Of a DNA stretch of 64,000 nt, positions 9,384 through 18,391 are shown piece after piece. Below the pieces are notes generated by a model. It had not been told where the DNA came from. It ran no database searches and saw only the letters and a list, made by a program, of their open reading frames with translations. Location of the stretch: NCBI GenBank assembly GCA_964361095.1, contig CAYHZA010000007.1:3010-67009 (forward strand). The letters run 5' to 3'. The position numbers and the translations under genes are program-made. This DNA comes from an uncultured Candidatus Saccharibacteria bacterium. GTDB taxonomy: Bacteria > Patescibacteriota > Minisyncoccia > UBA6257 > 2-01-FULL-56-20. Positions within the stretch are counted from its first letter, which is position 1. The number at the start of each line of letters is the position of its first letter.

Positions 9384-9484
9384 TTGCTTAGCTTGTAGAG
9401 ATGGGAAACATTGTTGGGTATCGAATACTAGTATTAATACTAGTATTTTTTTTGTCTCGCATTCGTCGTGCTACAATAGATGAT

Positions 9485-10213
9485 ATGAACAAACTTCTTG
9501 TCGCAAATTGGAAGATGAACCCGACAACCGCTCGCGAGGCCATCAAACTTGCCAAAGCAAGTAATCATAAAAACGTGGTTATCTGTCCGCCATTTCCGTT
9601 TTTGAATGCAGTCAAAAAAAACATAACTGCCGCTTCGCTTGGAGCGCAAGATGTATTTTGGGAGAGTCCGCCAGCTGGCGGAGGCGCCTATACCGGAGAG
9701 GTATCGCCCGCGATGTTGAAGAACGCCGGCGCGCGATATGTGATTATCGGGCATTCCGAACGGCGTCGTTACGTGGGCGAGACGGATGGAATGATAAACA
9801 AAAAAGTTCTCGCCACGCTTTTTGCGGGCCTTAAGGTAATCCTTTGCGTCGGCGAGCCGAAAGCGGTTCGCAAAAATGGACTTGCCGCCGCGAAGGCTTT
9901 TGTGAAAAAACAACTTTTGGCAGATACTCGCGGCGCGCATGGAAAACTTATCGTGGCGTACGAACCCGTGTGGGCTATCGGAAGCGGTACTCCCGACGAT
10001 CCGAAAGATACGGCGGAGATGGCGCGTTTTATCCGCAATCTTCTCAAGTCTTCAAAAATAGACGTCGTGGTGATCTACGGGGGTTCGGTAACATCTAAGA
10101 ACATCGGACGTATTATGAGCTATGGGGAGATAGGCGGTGCCTTGGTCGGTGGCGCCAGTTTGCATTCCCATGAGTTCAAAACAATGATACAAATCGTGTC
10201 GCATAAAAAATAA
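9485..10213 (+). CDS. tpiA: Triosephosphate isomerase
   Basis: ANWKMN, IIGHSERR, AYEPVWAIG, YGGSV, LVGGASL. Confidence 0.95.
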   Translation: MNKLLVANWKMNPTTAREAIKLAKASNHKNVVICPPFPFLNAVKKNITAASLGAQDVFWESPPAGGGAYTGEVSPAMLKNAGARYVIIGHSERRRYVGETDGMINKKVLATLFAGLKVILCVGEPKAVRKNGLAAAKAFVKKQLLADTRGAHGKLIVAYEPVWAIGSGTPDDPKDTAEMARFIRNLLKSSKIDVVVIYGGSVTSKNIGRIMSYGEIGGALVGGASLHSHEFKTMIQIVSHKK

Positions 10214-10232
10214 AATTCATCTCTTCATCCCT

Positions 10233-10997
10233 ATGGATACCAATAAATTAAAAACCTATTTTTGGGGTGTGCTGGACTTGGTCCTCGCGGCTTTTTTTAT
10301 CAATCTCGTTTTCTTCGTGATGCCGACGGTGCAAAAACTTGGCGATTCATTCCAACCCGTGCGCACCATAAGCGTTTCGGCGGAGGGGAAGGCTTTTGTC
10401 ATACCGGATATCGCGGAGACTTCCTTTTCGGTTGTTTCGCGCGGACAGGACCCTGCCCAGTTGGCGGATATGAACAACAAAAAGATTACGTCGGCCATTA
10501 ATTTCGTGAAATCCCAAGGGATTGACGCGAAAGACATAAAAACTGCCGGTTATTATCTCTCGCCCGACTACCAATATACGCCGGAGACCCAGCGGAGCAT
10601 TATTACGGGCTATACCCTGACGCAGACCGTCTCGGTCCGCATACATGATTTCTCTAAAATAGCAGCTATCCTCGGCGGTCTTCCTCCGCTTGGGATTAAC
10701 CAGATTGGAGGCCTCAACTTTACCGTTGATGAACCCGAAAAGTTTTTGGCAGAAGCCCGGGCTGATGCTTTTAAAAAAGCCCGTGCCAAAGCGATATCTC
10801 TGGTCGCGCAGAACGGAGTTCGGCTTGGAAAAGTAATCAATATCGGCGAATCGCAAGGCGGGGGACCGATGCCTTATTACGCGAAGAGTCTTGACGGACG
10901 CGGCGGTGCCGCTGCTCCGGAAATCGCTCTTCCGACCATCGAACCCGGCCAGCAGGAGCTGAATCTCCAGGTTTCGGTAACGTACGCGATAGAATAG
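10233..10997 (+). CDS. SIMPL domain (DUF541) protein
   Basis: TM anchor, RTISVSAEGKA..PD, PTIEPGQQE. Confidence 0.85.
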   Translation: MDTNKLKTYFWGVLDLVLAAFFINLVFFVMPTVQKLGDSFQPVRTISVSAEGKAFVIPDIAETSFSVVSRGQDPAQLADMNNKKITSAINFVKSQGIDAKDIKTAGYYLSPDYQYTPETQRSIITGYTLTQTVSVRIHDFSKIAAILGGLPPLGINQIGGLNFTVDEPEKFLAEARADAFKKARAKAISLVAQNGVRLGKVINIGESQGGGPMPYYAKSLDGRGGAAAPEIALPTIEPGQQELNLQVSVTYAIE

Positions 10998-11044
10998 GTG
11001 TCGATTCCGGCCGCGTTAGAAGCTAATTTTTTTGGGGGGGCTTG

Positions 11045-11194
11045 CCCCGTAACATTACTGGGGTTCGCCTCATTCAACCTGTCGATGCAAGCCAATGTAA
11101 ACCACGCTATTTTTCCTTATGCGTCTAGTGGCAATAAAACAAAGGAACATATTGAACGAGGCGGCAGGTTGACGCCCCAGTAATGTTACGGGGT
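11045..11194. repeat. MITE-like element with 19-bp perfect terminal inverted repeats
   Basis: ccccgtaacattactgggg (11045-11063) / ccccagtaatgttacgggg (11176-11194), with an internal tcaacctgtcg/cggcaggttga stem. Confidence 0.75.
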
Positions 11195-11224
11195 TGACTT
11201 TTTCCTCTTACTTCTGCTATACTA
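11195..11224 (+). promoter_or_regulatory. Sigma70-type promoter
   Basis: TTGACT-N18-TG-C-TATACT-like arrangement immediately after the element end. Confidence 0.55.
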
Positions 11225-11397
11225 CTCCCGAATGAGTGTGAATAGTCTTTAGAGATTGCATCAATAAAGACTGTCCCATACTTCCTGTTTGTCCCAACCC
11301 CCGCTTCGGCGGGGTTTTGGGTTTTTAGGGGAGTCGCCTCTATCTTTTTTGGCAAAAACCCCGTATCCATTTATAATGTTGATACGTTCGGCACATG

Positions 11398-11870
11398 TCC
11401 ATTTTGGTGGCCGTGAGGAGAGCACTTGTTGGTACATTCATAAAAGTCCATATTAGTGGTCACAGGGAGAGCACTCATTAACAAGGGTTCATCGTGGTGG
11501 TTGTGAGGAGAGCACTCATTCAAAACAAACAGAATTGGAGGTCACCACTCGTAACCACCACGATGGATCGATGGAAAACAGAATTGTTCCCGATTTGTCC
11601 CCGATCCGTCAGTTGACGGAGAGGGGATACAAATTGTCATGCCTACGGCAGATCTTCCGAAGGGATGACAATCCCGCATACACTGAGCTTGTCGAAGTGC
11701 TCTGCGGGAGAGGTCACCACCTGTGACCACTAATATGGATTAATGAAGAACAGAACTGTTCCTCAACCGTCCCGCTACGGCGGGACGAACGGGATCGCAC
11801 AAATCTAACCTCAAGCTTCGCTTCTCGGAGATTTGAGTGAGACGTCACTCCTCACGGCCACCAAAGCGGA
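11398..11870 (+). ncRNA. Putative large structured RNA or nested element made of three nested stem units
   Basis: Stems 11403-11420/11848-11865, 11447-11466/11720-11739 and 11490-11507/11548-11565, with repeated GAGAGCACT, AACAGAAYTG and GTCAC motifs. Confidence 0.55.
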
Positions 11871-11896
11871 TCGTAGTACGCAATCTATTTTTCAGA

Positions 11897-12817
11897 ATGC
11901 CCACACTTGAAGAAAATGTTTCTCTTGCAAAATTAAGCAGTTATAACATCGGCGGACCCGCACGCTATTTTTTTGAAGCATCTACAAAAAAAGATCTTCT
12001 CGAAATATTTAAGGAATGGAACGGAAAATTTTTTGTGCTTGGCGGCGGAACGAATCTTTTAATTAGTGATGCCGGTTTTGACGGATTGGTACTTAAACCG
12101 AAGTTTAATTTTTTAGAACGTGACGGAACGGATGTTTATGTCGGCGCGGCGGTTCTGATGTCCGACCTTTTGAACTTTACGATTAAAGAAAATTTGAGCG
12201 GATTGGAGTGGGCGGGCGGATTGCCCGGGACTTTGGGCGGAGCGATTCGCGGGAACGCGGGATGTTTCGGCGGCGAGATGAAAGATTCCATCCGTCGAGT
12301 TTTTGGTTTTGATAAGACGACTCTCAAAGACACCGAACGCGAAAACGTGGAGTGCCGTTTCGCGTATCGCTCGAGTATTTTTAAAGAACGGCAGGGAGAC
12401 GAGATTGTCGTCGCGGCAACACTCGCGCTTCAAAAGGGAGAGTCGGAAAAAATCAACGCGTCGATTAACGAGAAAATTAACTATCGCAAAGAACGCCATC
12501 CGATGGAGTATCCGAATATCGGAAGCATTTTTAAAAATGTTCCCGTTGCGTCTTTCCCCGCGTCCGAGCTTCATCGTGTCGCTCAGGTGATAAAAAATGA
12601 TCCGTTTCCGGTAATTCCCGCCGCGTATCTGATATCGGAGGCGGGAATTAAGGGAACACGTCACGGCGGCGCGATGATCTCGCCGAAACATCCGAACTTT
12701 ATTGTGAATGTCGGAGACGCGCGCGCTTCCGATGTGCACGCGTTGATCGATCTCGTGAAGCATGCGATCAAAAAAGAATTCAATGTTGAACTTCAAGAAG
12801 AAATTCAAGCCGTATAA
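11897..12817 (+). CDS. murB: UDP-N-acetylmuramate dehydrogenase
   Basis: IGGPARYF, LGGGTNLL, GLPGTLGGAIRGNAG, GSIFKN, HPNFIVN. Confidence 0.93.
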   Translation: MPTLEENVSLAKLSSYNIGGPARYFFEASTKKDLLEIFKEWNGKFFVLGGGTNLLISDAGFDGLVLKPKFNFLERDGTDVYVGAAVLMSDLLNFTIKENLSGLEWAGGLPGTLGGAIRGNAGCFGGEMKDSIRRVFGFDKTTLKDTERENVECRFAYRSSIFKERQGDEIVVAATLALQKGESEKINASINEKINYRKERHPMEYPNIGSIFKNVPVASFPASELHRVAQVIKNDPFPVIPAAYLISEAGIKGTRHGGAMISPKHPNFIVNVGDARASDVHALIDLVKHAIKKEFNVELQEEIQAV

Positions 12818-13049
12818 GTATCTTTTTCTGTTTTTATTTTCGAAAATTTTGCGAAACGATACTAAAAATCAATATAAGTTTGAGGTGTGAGTCGGACTTT
12901 GACGTTCGTCTTCGCCGAAATCGGAGTTATGCACAGTTTTACTCAAAACATAAAAATAAAATATGTTATTATAATGAAGTAGTCGAATAGGTTGATAAAA
13001 TACTCCATTGGGTTGTGGTCGGGAACCCAATAAAAATAATCCCACTCAA

Positions 13050-13100
13050 ATGAAAAAGAAAAAGGGTACTAAGAAGAAAGCAAAGAAGAGCCGAAAGTAA
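13050..13100 (+). CDS. 16-aa lysine-rich peptide MKKKKGTKKKAKKSRK
   Basis: Manual translation; TATAAT upstream near 12969 and terminator at 13112-13148. Confidence 0.5.
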   Translation: MKKKKGTKKKAKKSRK

Positions 13101-13111
13101 TTTCGATTCTT

Positions 13112-13148
13112 GAGCCGCTCCCCTAAAGGGGGCGGTTTTTTGTTTTTT
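13112..13148 (+). terminator. Intrinsic terminator
   Basis: gccgctccc-ctaaa-gggggcggt followed by a T-tract. Confidence 0.7.
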
Positions 13149-13298
13149 GTCCTCTTTTTTAGATATTTTTCGTAAAAAATTTATCCCTATTATTGAACGT
13201 ATGACGCTATCATGGCGGGGTTTACCCTGTTAGAGACAATACCTCTAACAGGGTTTACAGGAGTGTGTATTTTCGGTTATGCTCTAAGAGATAGAGAA

Positions 13299-13637
13299 AT
13301 GCAGACCAACGTTAAAACAACAAATCTTGACCTTACGCCGAGTCTCTCGGTCTATATCGAGAAGAAATTAGGGACTCTCGCCCGATATATAAAGAAGTTT
13401 GACGAAGAGGGTGTGGCGGAGCTTTGGGTTGAAGTAGGAAGAACTTCTCGGCACCACCACAAAGGAGAGGTGTTTCGCGCCGAAGCTAATCTGCGTTTGC
13501 CGAAGAAGATACTGCGCGCCGTGGAGGAAAACACAGATGTGCATGCCGCTATTGATCTCGTCCGAGACAAACTTCATATGGAAATAGAAAAGTACAAAGC
13601 GCGTTTAAGTCCTCGGTCAAAGCGCGTGAAGGAATAA
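13299..13637 (+). CDS. hpf: Ribosome hibernation factor HPF/RaiA
   Basis: NLDLTPSLSVYIEKK, HHHKGEVFRAE, DVHAAIDLVRDKL; upstream of secA. Confidence 0.9.
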   Translation: MQTNVKTTNLDLTPSLSVYIEKKLGTLARYIKKFDEEGVAELWVEVGRTSRHHHKGEVFRAEANLRLPKKILRAVEENTDVHAAIDLVRDKLHMEIEKYKARLSPRSKRVKE

Positions 13638-13706
13638 GGGATTATATGCTTTTTTTATTTCCGTCGAAGGATTGATATCGGCGGAGTTGCTTACTCTAAA
13701 AAACCA

Positions 13707-16700
13707 ATGTTTGATTTTTTGAAGAAAATTTCCGGCGGCCGATCGGTCGCGCGCTATAACGAACGCGCGCGCGAGATTAACGCGCTTGAACCCGAAGTCA
13801 AAAAATTTACCGATGAGGAGTTGCGCGCGGCGAGTCTCGCCTTTAAAGAACATATTCAAAGTAAAGAAAAAACAATCGATGATATTCTTCCGAACGCGTT
13901 CGCGTTCGCGCGTGAGGCGGCGAGGAGAACACTAGGACAGCGCCCTTTCGATGTTCAGCTTGTGGGTGGTATGGTGCTCCATGACGGCGCCGTTTCAGAG
14001 ATGATGACCGGAGAAGGAAAGACATTGACCGCGGTACTCCCCGCGTATTTGAACGCGCTCACGGGAGAGGGAGTGCATGTGGTAACCGTGAATGAATATT
14101 TGGCGCGACGCGATGTCGCGTGGATGGGACAAATTTATCGCGCGCTCGGACTTTCGGTCGCGTGTTTGGTTCCGAACGCCGCGTATCTTTATGACCCCAC
14201 TTACGTGCGCGGACCTCGCGGACAGGACGCAGACCTCGCCGAAGAGAAACTACTTCACGAAGATCTAACTTATAGGATTAGAGGCATACTTTTCTCCATC
14301 AAAAACGTTCTTGGTTTGGGGCACAAAGAGAACATTTATCAAAAAGCCATTGAAAGCGAATTATTGAAGGCAGAAATTGTATTTGAACGAGAAAAAGCGA
14401 TAGATGTGCTATATGATGGTAAAAAAATAGGAACTTACCAACCGGATTTTGTGATAGATGGAAAGGTTATTTTGGAGATAAAAGCCGTGCCATTTATAGG
14501 TAAGATAGAAGAAAAGCAGGTTTGGTCGTATTTAAAAGGATCGCCTTATAGGCTTGCGCTCTTGGCAAATTTTGGGGGTAAGGATATTGAGATTAAAAGG
14601 ATTGTTTATGATACGGCGCGTGATAATGGTCCGCGTGAGTCTGCGTCCAGTCAGCGCGAGTCAGCGTTGCTGGATAAGGAACGGGATAGCACCGGAAATT
14701 TTTTGGTTCAACAGGAATTTCTTCGTCCTGTTTCTCGGCGCGAAGCGTATCTCGCCGATATTACGTATGGCACGAATCATGAGTTCGGTTTTGATTATTT
14801 AAGGGATAATTTGGCATATGGCCTGACCGATCAGGTTCAACGCGGCCATCACTACGGCATTATCGATGAAGTTGACAGTATTTTAATCGACGAAGCGCGA
14901 ACGCCTTTGATTATCGCTGCTCCCGACGCGCAATCGAGCGAATACTACAAAACCTTTGCCCGCGTCGTTACGCATCTTAAAAAAGACGAGGATTACACGG
15001 TTGATGAGAAATTGCGGTCGTCGGCGATTACGGAGGCCGGTATTGAAAAGGTGGAAAAAGTCGTGGGAATCCATAATCTATACGCGCCCGAAAATATGCG
15101 CCTCGTGCATTACCTCGAAGAAAGTCTGCGGGCAATGGCGCTTTTCCATCGCGATAAAGATTATGTCGTAAAAGACGGGGAAGTCATTATTGTCGATGAA
15201 TTTACGGGGCGCATGCTCCATGGACGGCGGTATAACGCCGGTTTGCATCAGGCGATCGAGGCGAAAGAAGGAGTGCTCGTAAAAGAGGAGTCCCGTACGT
15301 ACGCGAAGATTTCCATTCAGAATTACTTCCGGATGTATAAGAAAATTGCGGGAATGACGGGAACAGCCCAAACGTCCGCCGAAGAGTTTCACAAGGTATA
15401 TAGCTTGGAAGTGGTGAGCGTTCCAACGAATCAGCCGATGGCGCGGAAAAATCTTCCCGATTTTATCTTCCGGAATAAAGAGGCGAAATTAAGATCGGTA
15501 GTCGCGGAGGTGAAACAGCGTTTCGAGAAAGGTCAGCCGATCCTCTTGGGAACTCCATCCATAGAAAAAAACGATTTTCTCTCGGCGCATCTTACGCGCG
15601 CCGGAATTCCGCACGAGGTTTTGAACGCGAAGAATAACGAACGCGAGGGAGCGATCGTCGCGCAGGCGGGAAGACTTAAGGCGGTTACGGTGGCGACGAA
15701 CGTCGCCGGCCGTGGCGTGGATATTATTTTGGGCGGCAACCCCTTAAATCCCGAGGAGGCAAAAAAAGTGCGGGATCTCGGCGGGTTGCACGTAATTGGC
15801 ACGGAGCGAAACGAAGCGCGGCGGATAGACAACCAGTTCCGCGGCCGCGCGGGGCGTCAGGGCGATCCCGGTTCTTCGCAGTTTCTTCTCTCGCTCGATG
15901 ACGATCTCCTTCGGATTTTTGGCGGCGATCGCATTAAAAGTTTAATGGAACGGTTTGATCTTCCCGAGGATCAGCCGATAGAGATGGGAATTGTTTCCAA
16001 GGCGGTGGAGCAAGCGCAAGCGAAAGTGGAAGGCGCGAACTTTGATATGCGGAAACACCTTCTTGAATATGATGACGTGTTAAACAAACAGCGCGCGTCC
16101 ATTTACCGCAAGCGACAAGAAATTCTTCAAAGCATGAACCGCGATACGTTGGCGCTTATTATTTTCGAGGCGGCGAGCGGTTATTTCGACGGCGTGGCGC
16201 AGAAGCTTTTCGGCGACGAGGAAACGTTTACGGGAGAAAATACGGACGAGCTTAAAAAGCTGTTTGAAGAATCCGTAATCGCGACTAAGGAACAGCCGTT
16301 GCCCAAAGAGCCGACCCGCGAAAGTATCCGTGAACTTCTTACGAAGCGAAGCGTTGAAGTGACGGTTGATCCGCAGACGTTGAACAGGGTATTGAGCATT
16401 CTTGATTTGCTTTGGATGACGCATCTTGAAGACTTGGAGGCGCTTTCCGAATCAATCGGTCTTCGCGCGTATGGCCAACGGGATCCGCTTGTCGAGTACC
16501 GGCGCGAGGCGCACAACTTGTTCAAAAATTTTTGGGGCAATTTTAACACGTGGATATTCACGAATTTATTTAAACTGGCGAGTTTGCAGGCGGCCTCCGG
16601 TGTGGCAACGGCGAATCCTTCACCGCGTCCGGCGATGGTAGTGGCGGGAAATCAACCAAGTTCCGGAAAAACAGTAGGCAGAAATGATCCGTGCCCGTGC

Positions 16701-16739
16701 GGTTCAGGAAAAAAGTATAAAAAATGTCATGGTAGTTAA
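13707..16739 (+). CDS. secA: Preprotein translocase ATPase SecA with an in-frame GxxExxY-domain insertion
   Basis: MMTGEGKT, VTVNEYLA, DEVDSILIDEARTPLII, GRQGDPG, C-terminal GRNDPCPCGSGKKYKKCH; foreign segment at about aa 168-320. Confidence 0.95.
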   Translation: MFDFLKKISGGRSVARYNERAREINALEPEVKKFTDEELRAASLAFKEHIQSKEKTIDDILPNAFAFAREAARRTLGQRPFDVQLVGGMVLHDGAVSEMMTGEGKTLTAVLPAYLNALTGEGVHVVTVNEYLARRDVAWMGQIYRALGLSVACLVPNAAYLYDPTYVRGPRGQDADLAEEKLLHEDLTYRIRGILFSIKNVLGLGHKENIYQKAIESELLKAEIVFEREKAIDVLYDGKKIGTYQPDFVIDGKVILEIKAVPFIGKIEEKQVWSYLKGSPYRLALLANFGGKDIEIKRIVYDTARDNGPRESASSQRESALLDKERDSTGNFLVQQEFLRPVSRREAYLADITYGTNHEFGFDYLRDNLAYGLTDQVQRGHHYGIIDEVDSILIDEARTPLIIAAPDAQSSEYYKTFARVVTHLKKDEDYTVDEKLRSSAITEAGIEKVEKVVGIHNLYAPENMRLVHYLEESLRAMALFHRDKDYVVKDGEVIIVDEFTGRMLHGRRYNAGLHQAIEAKEGVLVKEESRTYAKISIQNYFRMYKKIAGMTGTAQTSAEEFHKVYSLEVVSVPTNQPMARKNLPDFIFRNKEAKLRSVVAEVKQRFEKGQPILLGTPSIEKNDFLSAHLTRAGIPHEVLNAKNNEREGAIVAQAGRLKAVTVATNVAGRGVDIILGGNPLNPEEAKKVRDLGGLHVIGTERNEARRIDNQFRGRAGRQGDPGSSQFLLSLDDDLLRIFGGDRIKSLMERFDLPEDQPIEMGIVSKAVEQAQAKVEGANFDMRKHLLEYDDVLNKQRASIYRKRQEILQSMNRDTLALIIFEAASGYFDGVAQKLFGDEETFTGENTDELKKLFEESVIATKEQPLPKEPTRESIRELLTKRSVEVTVDPQTLNRVLSILDLLWMTHLEDLEALSESIGLRAYGQRDPLVEYRREAHNLFKNFWGNFNTWIFTNLFKLASLQAASGVATANPSPRPAMVVAGNQPSSGKTVGRNDPCPCGSGKKYKKCHGS
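14208..14666 (+). mobile_element. Inverted-repeat-flanked GxxExxY (PD-(D/E)xK-like) cassette inserted in frame in secA
   Basis: GHKENIY, PDFVIDGKVILEIK, LLANFG; left CGCNGA(C) x4 (14208-14242), right GTCNGCG x4 (14629-14666); 459 nt = 153 codons. Confidence 0.8.
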
Positions 16740-16752
16740 AATAAAAGGCTCC

Positions 16753-16911
16753 CTATGGAGGGGGAGCCTTGCGATCGATGAATCGGTAGCCGATCGCGAG
16801 AATCGCGAGACCAACGATGAGAGTCGGCCAACGCGGAGTGATCTGGTGAGTCCCGAGATAGATGGTCAACGCGCCCACCGTAGGTCCAAAAGCGAACTTA
16901 AAGAGTTTCAT
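16753..16911 (-). CDS. Small membrane protein (52 aa)
   Basis: AGGAGG SD upstream of MKLFKFAFG; two hydrophobic segments. Confidence 0.55.
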   Translation of the reverse strand: MKLFKFAFGPTVGALTIYLGTHQITPRWPTLIVGLAILAIGYRFIDRKAPPP

Positions 16912-17012
16912 GACAATCCTCCTATGTTGCATATAGTATAGCATGTCTCCAGAATATGTCAAGTATCCCTGCGGGCATGCTAACAAATGGAAAAAATGCC
17001 ACGGCAAGTAAC

Positions 17013-17315
17013 ATGAAATACAACAAATTAATAAGGGATAAAATTCCGGAGTACATCAAAAAGAAAGGTGGAGTACCGGTTACGCACATCGCGAATGAAG
17101 CGGAGTACTGGGAGAAATTAAAGGAAAAACTGGGTGAGGAAATTGAAGAATTCAAAAAAGACGAAAATGCCGAAGAGCTCGCCGATATTCTTGAAGTGGT
17201 TGACGCGATTGTAGATTACAAAGGATTCGACAGAACCGAGATCGAGAAGATCAAAGAAAAGAAAGTGGAAGAACGGGGTAAATTCAAAGAGCGAATTATT
17301 TTGGATGAATCCTAA
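17013..17315 (+). CDS. MazG-like / phosphoribosyl-ATP pyrophosphohydrolase family protein
   Basis: MKYNKLIRDKIPE, EELADILEV, ERGKF. Confidence 0.85.
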   Translation: MKYNKLIRDKIPEYIKKKGGVPVTHIANEAEYWEKLKEKLGEEIEEFKKDENAEELADILEVVDAIVDYKGFDRTEIEKIKEKKVEERGKFKERIILDES

Positions 17316-17363
17316 TTGGTGCGCGGTTGCGGCAATAAGTAGGTGTGGTATACTGCAATCAAT

Positions 17364-17780
17364 ATGAAGATCGGCTTCGGCATATTCTCAATTGCCATGC
17401 TTGTCCTTCTTAGCTTTATCGCTATCGGGGTTTTCGGTTTTATGCCGGTTAACCACGAGAATCAGCATACCGGCTGTATCGCCGCGCTTTCCGGTCAGGC
17501 GGCTTGCCCCAAAGATGATCCTTTCGGATTTATCAATTTCCACGCCAATGCCTTGAGGGGATTTTCGAACGGGTTGGTGAGCGGTTTCGCGGCTCTGGCT
17601 TTTCTTTCGTTGTTGTTTATTAGTTTAGCCGTTCTTACGGTTTCTTTGTCTTACGCGTTCTCGTTTTTCGCGTTTCGCGAATACAAAGAGCGTTTGGCAG
17701 AGAGGATCTTTCTTGGCACGCAATCCTATATTCGCTGGCTTACTCTCCGTGAACGTGGAGATGCCGCCCTTTTAGCATAG
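17364..17780 (+). CDS. Membrane protein with His/Cys loop (probable metal-associated)
   Basis: Two TM segments around HENQHTGC...C; first gene of the metal cluster. Confidence 0.6.
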   Translation: MKIGFGIFSIAMLVLLSFIAIGVFGFMPVNHENQHTGCIAALSGQAACPKDDPFGFINFHANALRGFSNGLVSGFAALAFLSLLFISLAVLTVSLSYAFSFFAFREYKERLAERIFLGTQSYIRWLTLRERGDAALLA

Positions 17781-17884
17781 GTTTCCCGCAGTAGACCTTT
17801 TTTCTGGTCTCATGGATTTTTGGTTGCGGGAAACTTTTGTTCAAAGGGCGGTTTTTATTTGTGTTCTTAAATTAAATTATCTCA

Positions 17885-18388
17885 ATGAAAAATTACACAC
17901 ACATTATTGTTTGGGCAGGAATCATTATCGTTGTTATCGCGGGGCTTTCTTTCGCGTCAAAACGTTCCGAACCGGCCAATATCTCCGATTCATTTGGGAG
18001 CGTTTCAAGCTCGCTTTCCGCTCCGGAGACAGTGTTCGACTTTGGAACGATTTCCATGGCGCGCGGAGTGGTTAGTCACGCTTACTCGATAAAAAATAAC
18101 GGCACCGAGCTGGTGGCGTTGAGTAAATTGTACACATCGTGCATGTGTACCAAGGCAAGTTTATCTTTTGGCGGAAAGAAAATCGGTCCGTTCGGAATGC
18201 CGGGGCACGGATTTGTGCCGGGTTTCAGCGAAGTGTTGAATCCTGGCGAAGAAGCGGTCATTGATGTTGCTTTCGATCCGGCGGCCCATGGGCCCGCGGG
18301 CATAGGAAAAATTGAGCGATCGGTAATCCTCGAGAATAACGGCGCAACGCCGCTTGAGGTAAAATTCACCGCAACCGTCACTCCATAA
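17885..18388 (+). CDS. DUF1573-like Ig-fold protein
   Basis: FDFGTI, YTSCMCTKA, FDPAAHGP. Confidence 0.75.
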   Translation: MKNYTHIIVWAGIIIVVIAGLSFASKRSEPANISDSFGSVSSSLSAPETVFDFGTISMARGVVSHAYSIKNNGTELVALSKLYTSCMCTKASLSFGGKKIGPFGMPGHGFVPGFSEVLNPGEEAVIDVAFDPAAHGPAGIGKIERSVILENNGATPLEVKFTATVTP

Positions 18389-18391
18389 ATA

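Noticed and set aside
11400-11520. CRISPR array (three similar repeats)
   Set aside because: Repeats are divergent, spacing is short and irregular, each has a distant inverted partner, and no cas genes are present.
11398-11870. RNase P, tmRNA or hairpin-ribozyme identity for the nested structure
   Set aside because: Only fragmentary resemblance (ACAGAA, GUC, a 3' CCA); the GAGGAAAGUCC core, tmRNA ends and tag, and the complete loop A/B consensus are not seen.
14208-14666. Intein or group I/II intron as the explanation for the secA insert
   Set aside because: No N-terminal Cys/Ser block or His-Asn/Cys junction, no LAGLIDADG/HNH motif, and no room for a ribozyme core because nearly all of the insert is GxxExxY coding sequence.
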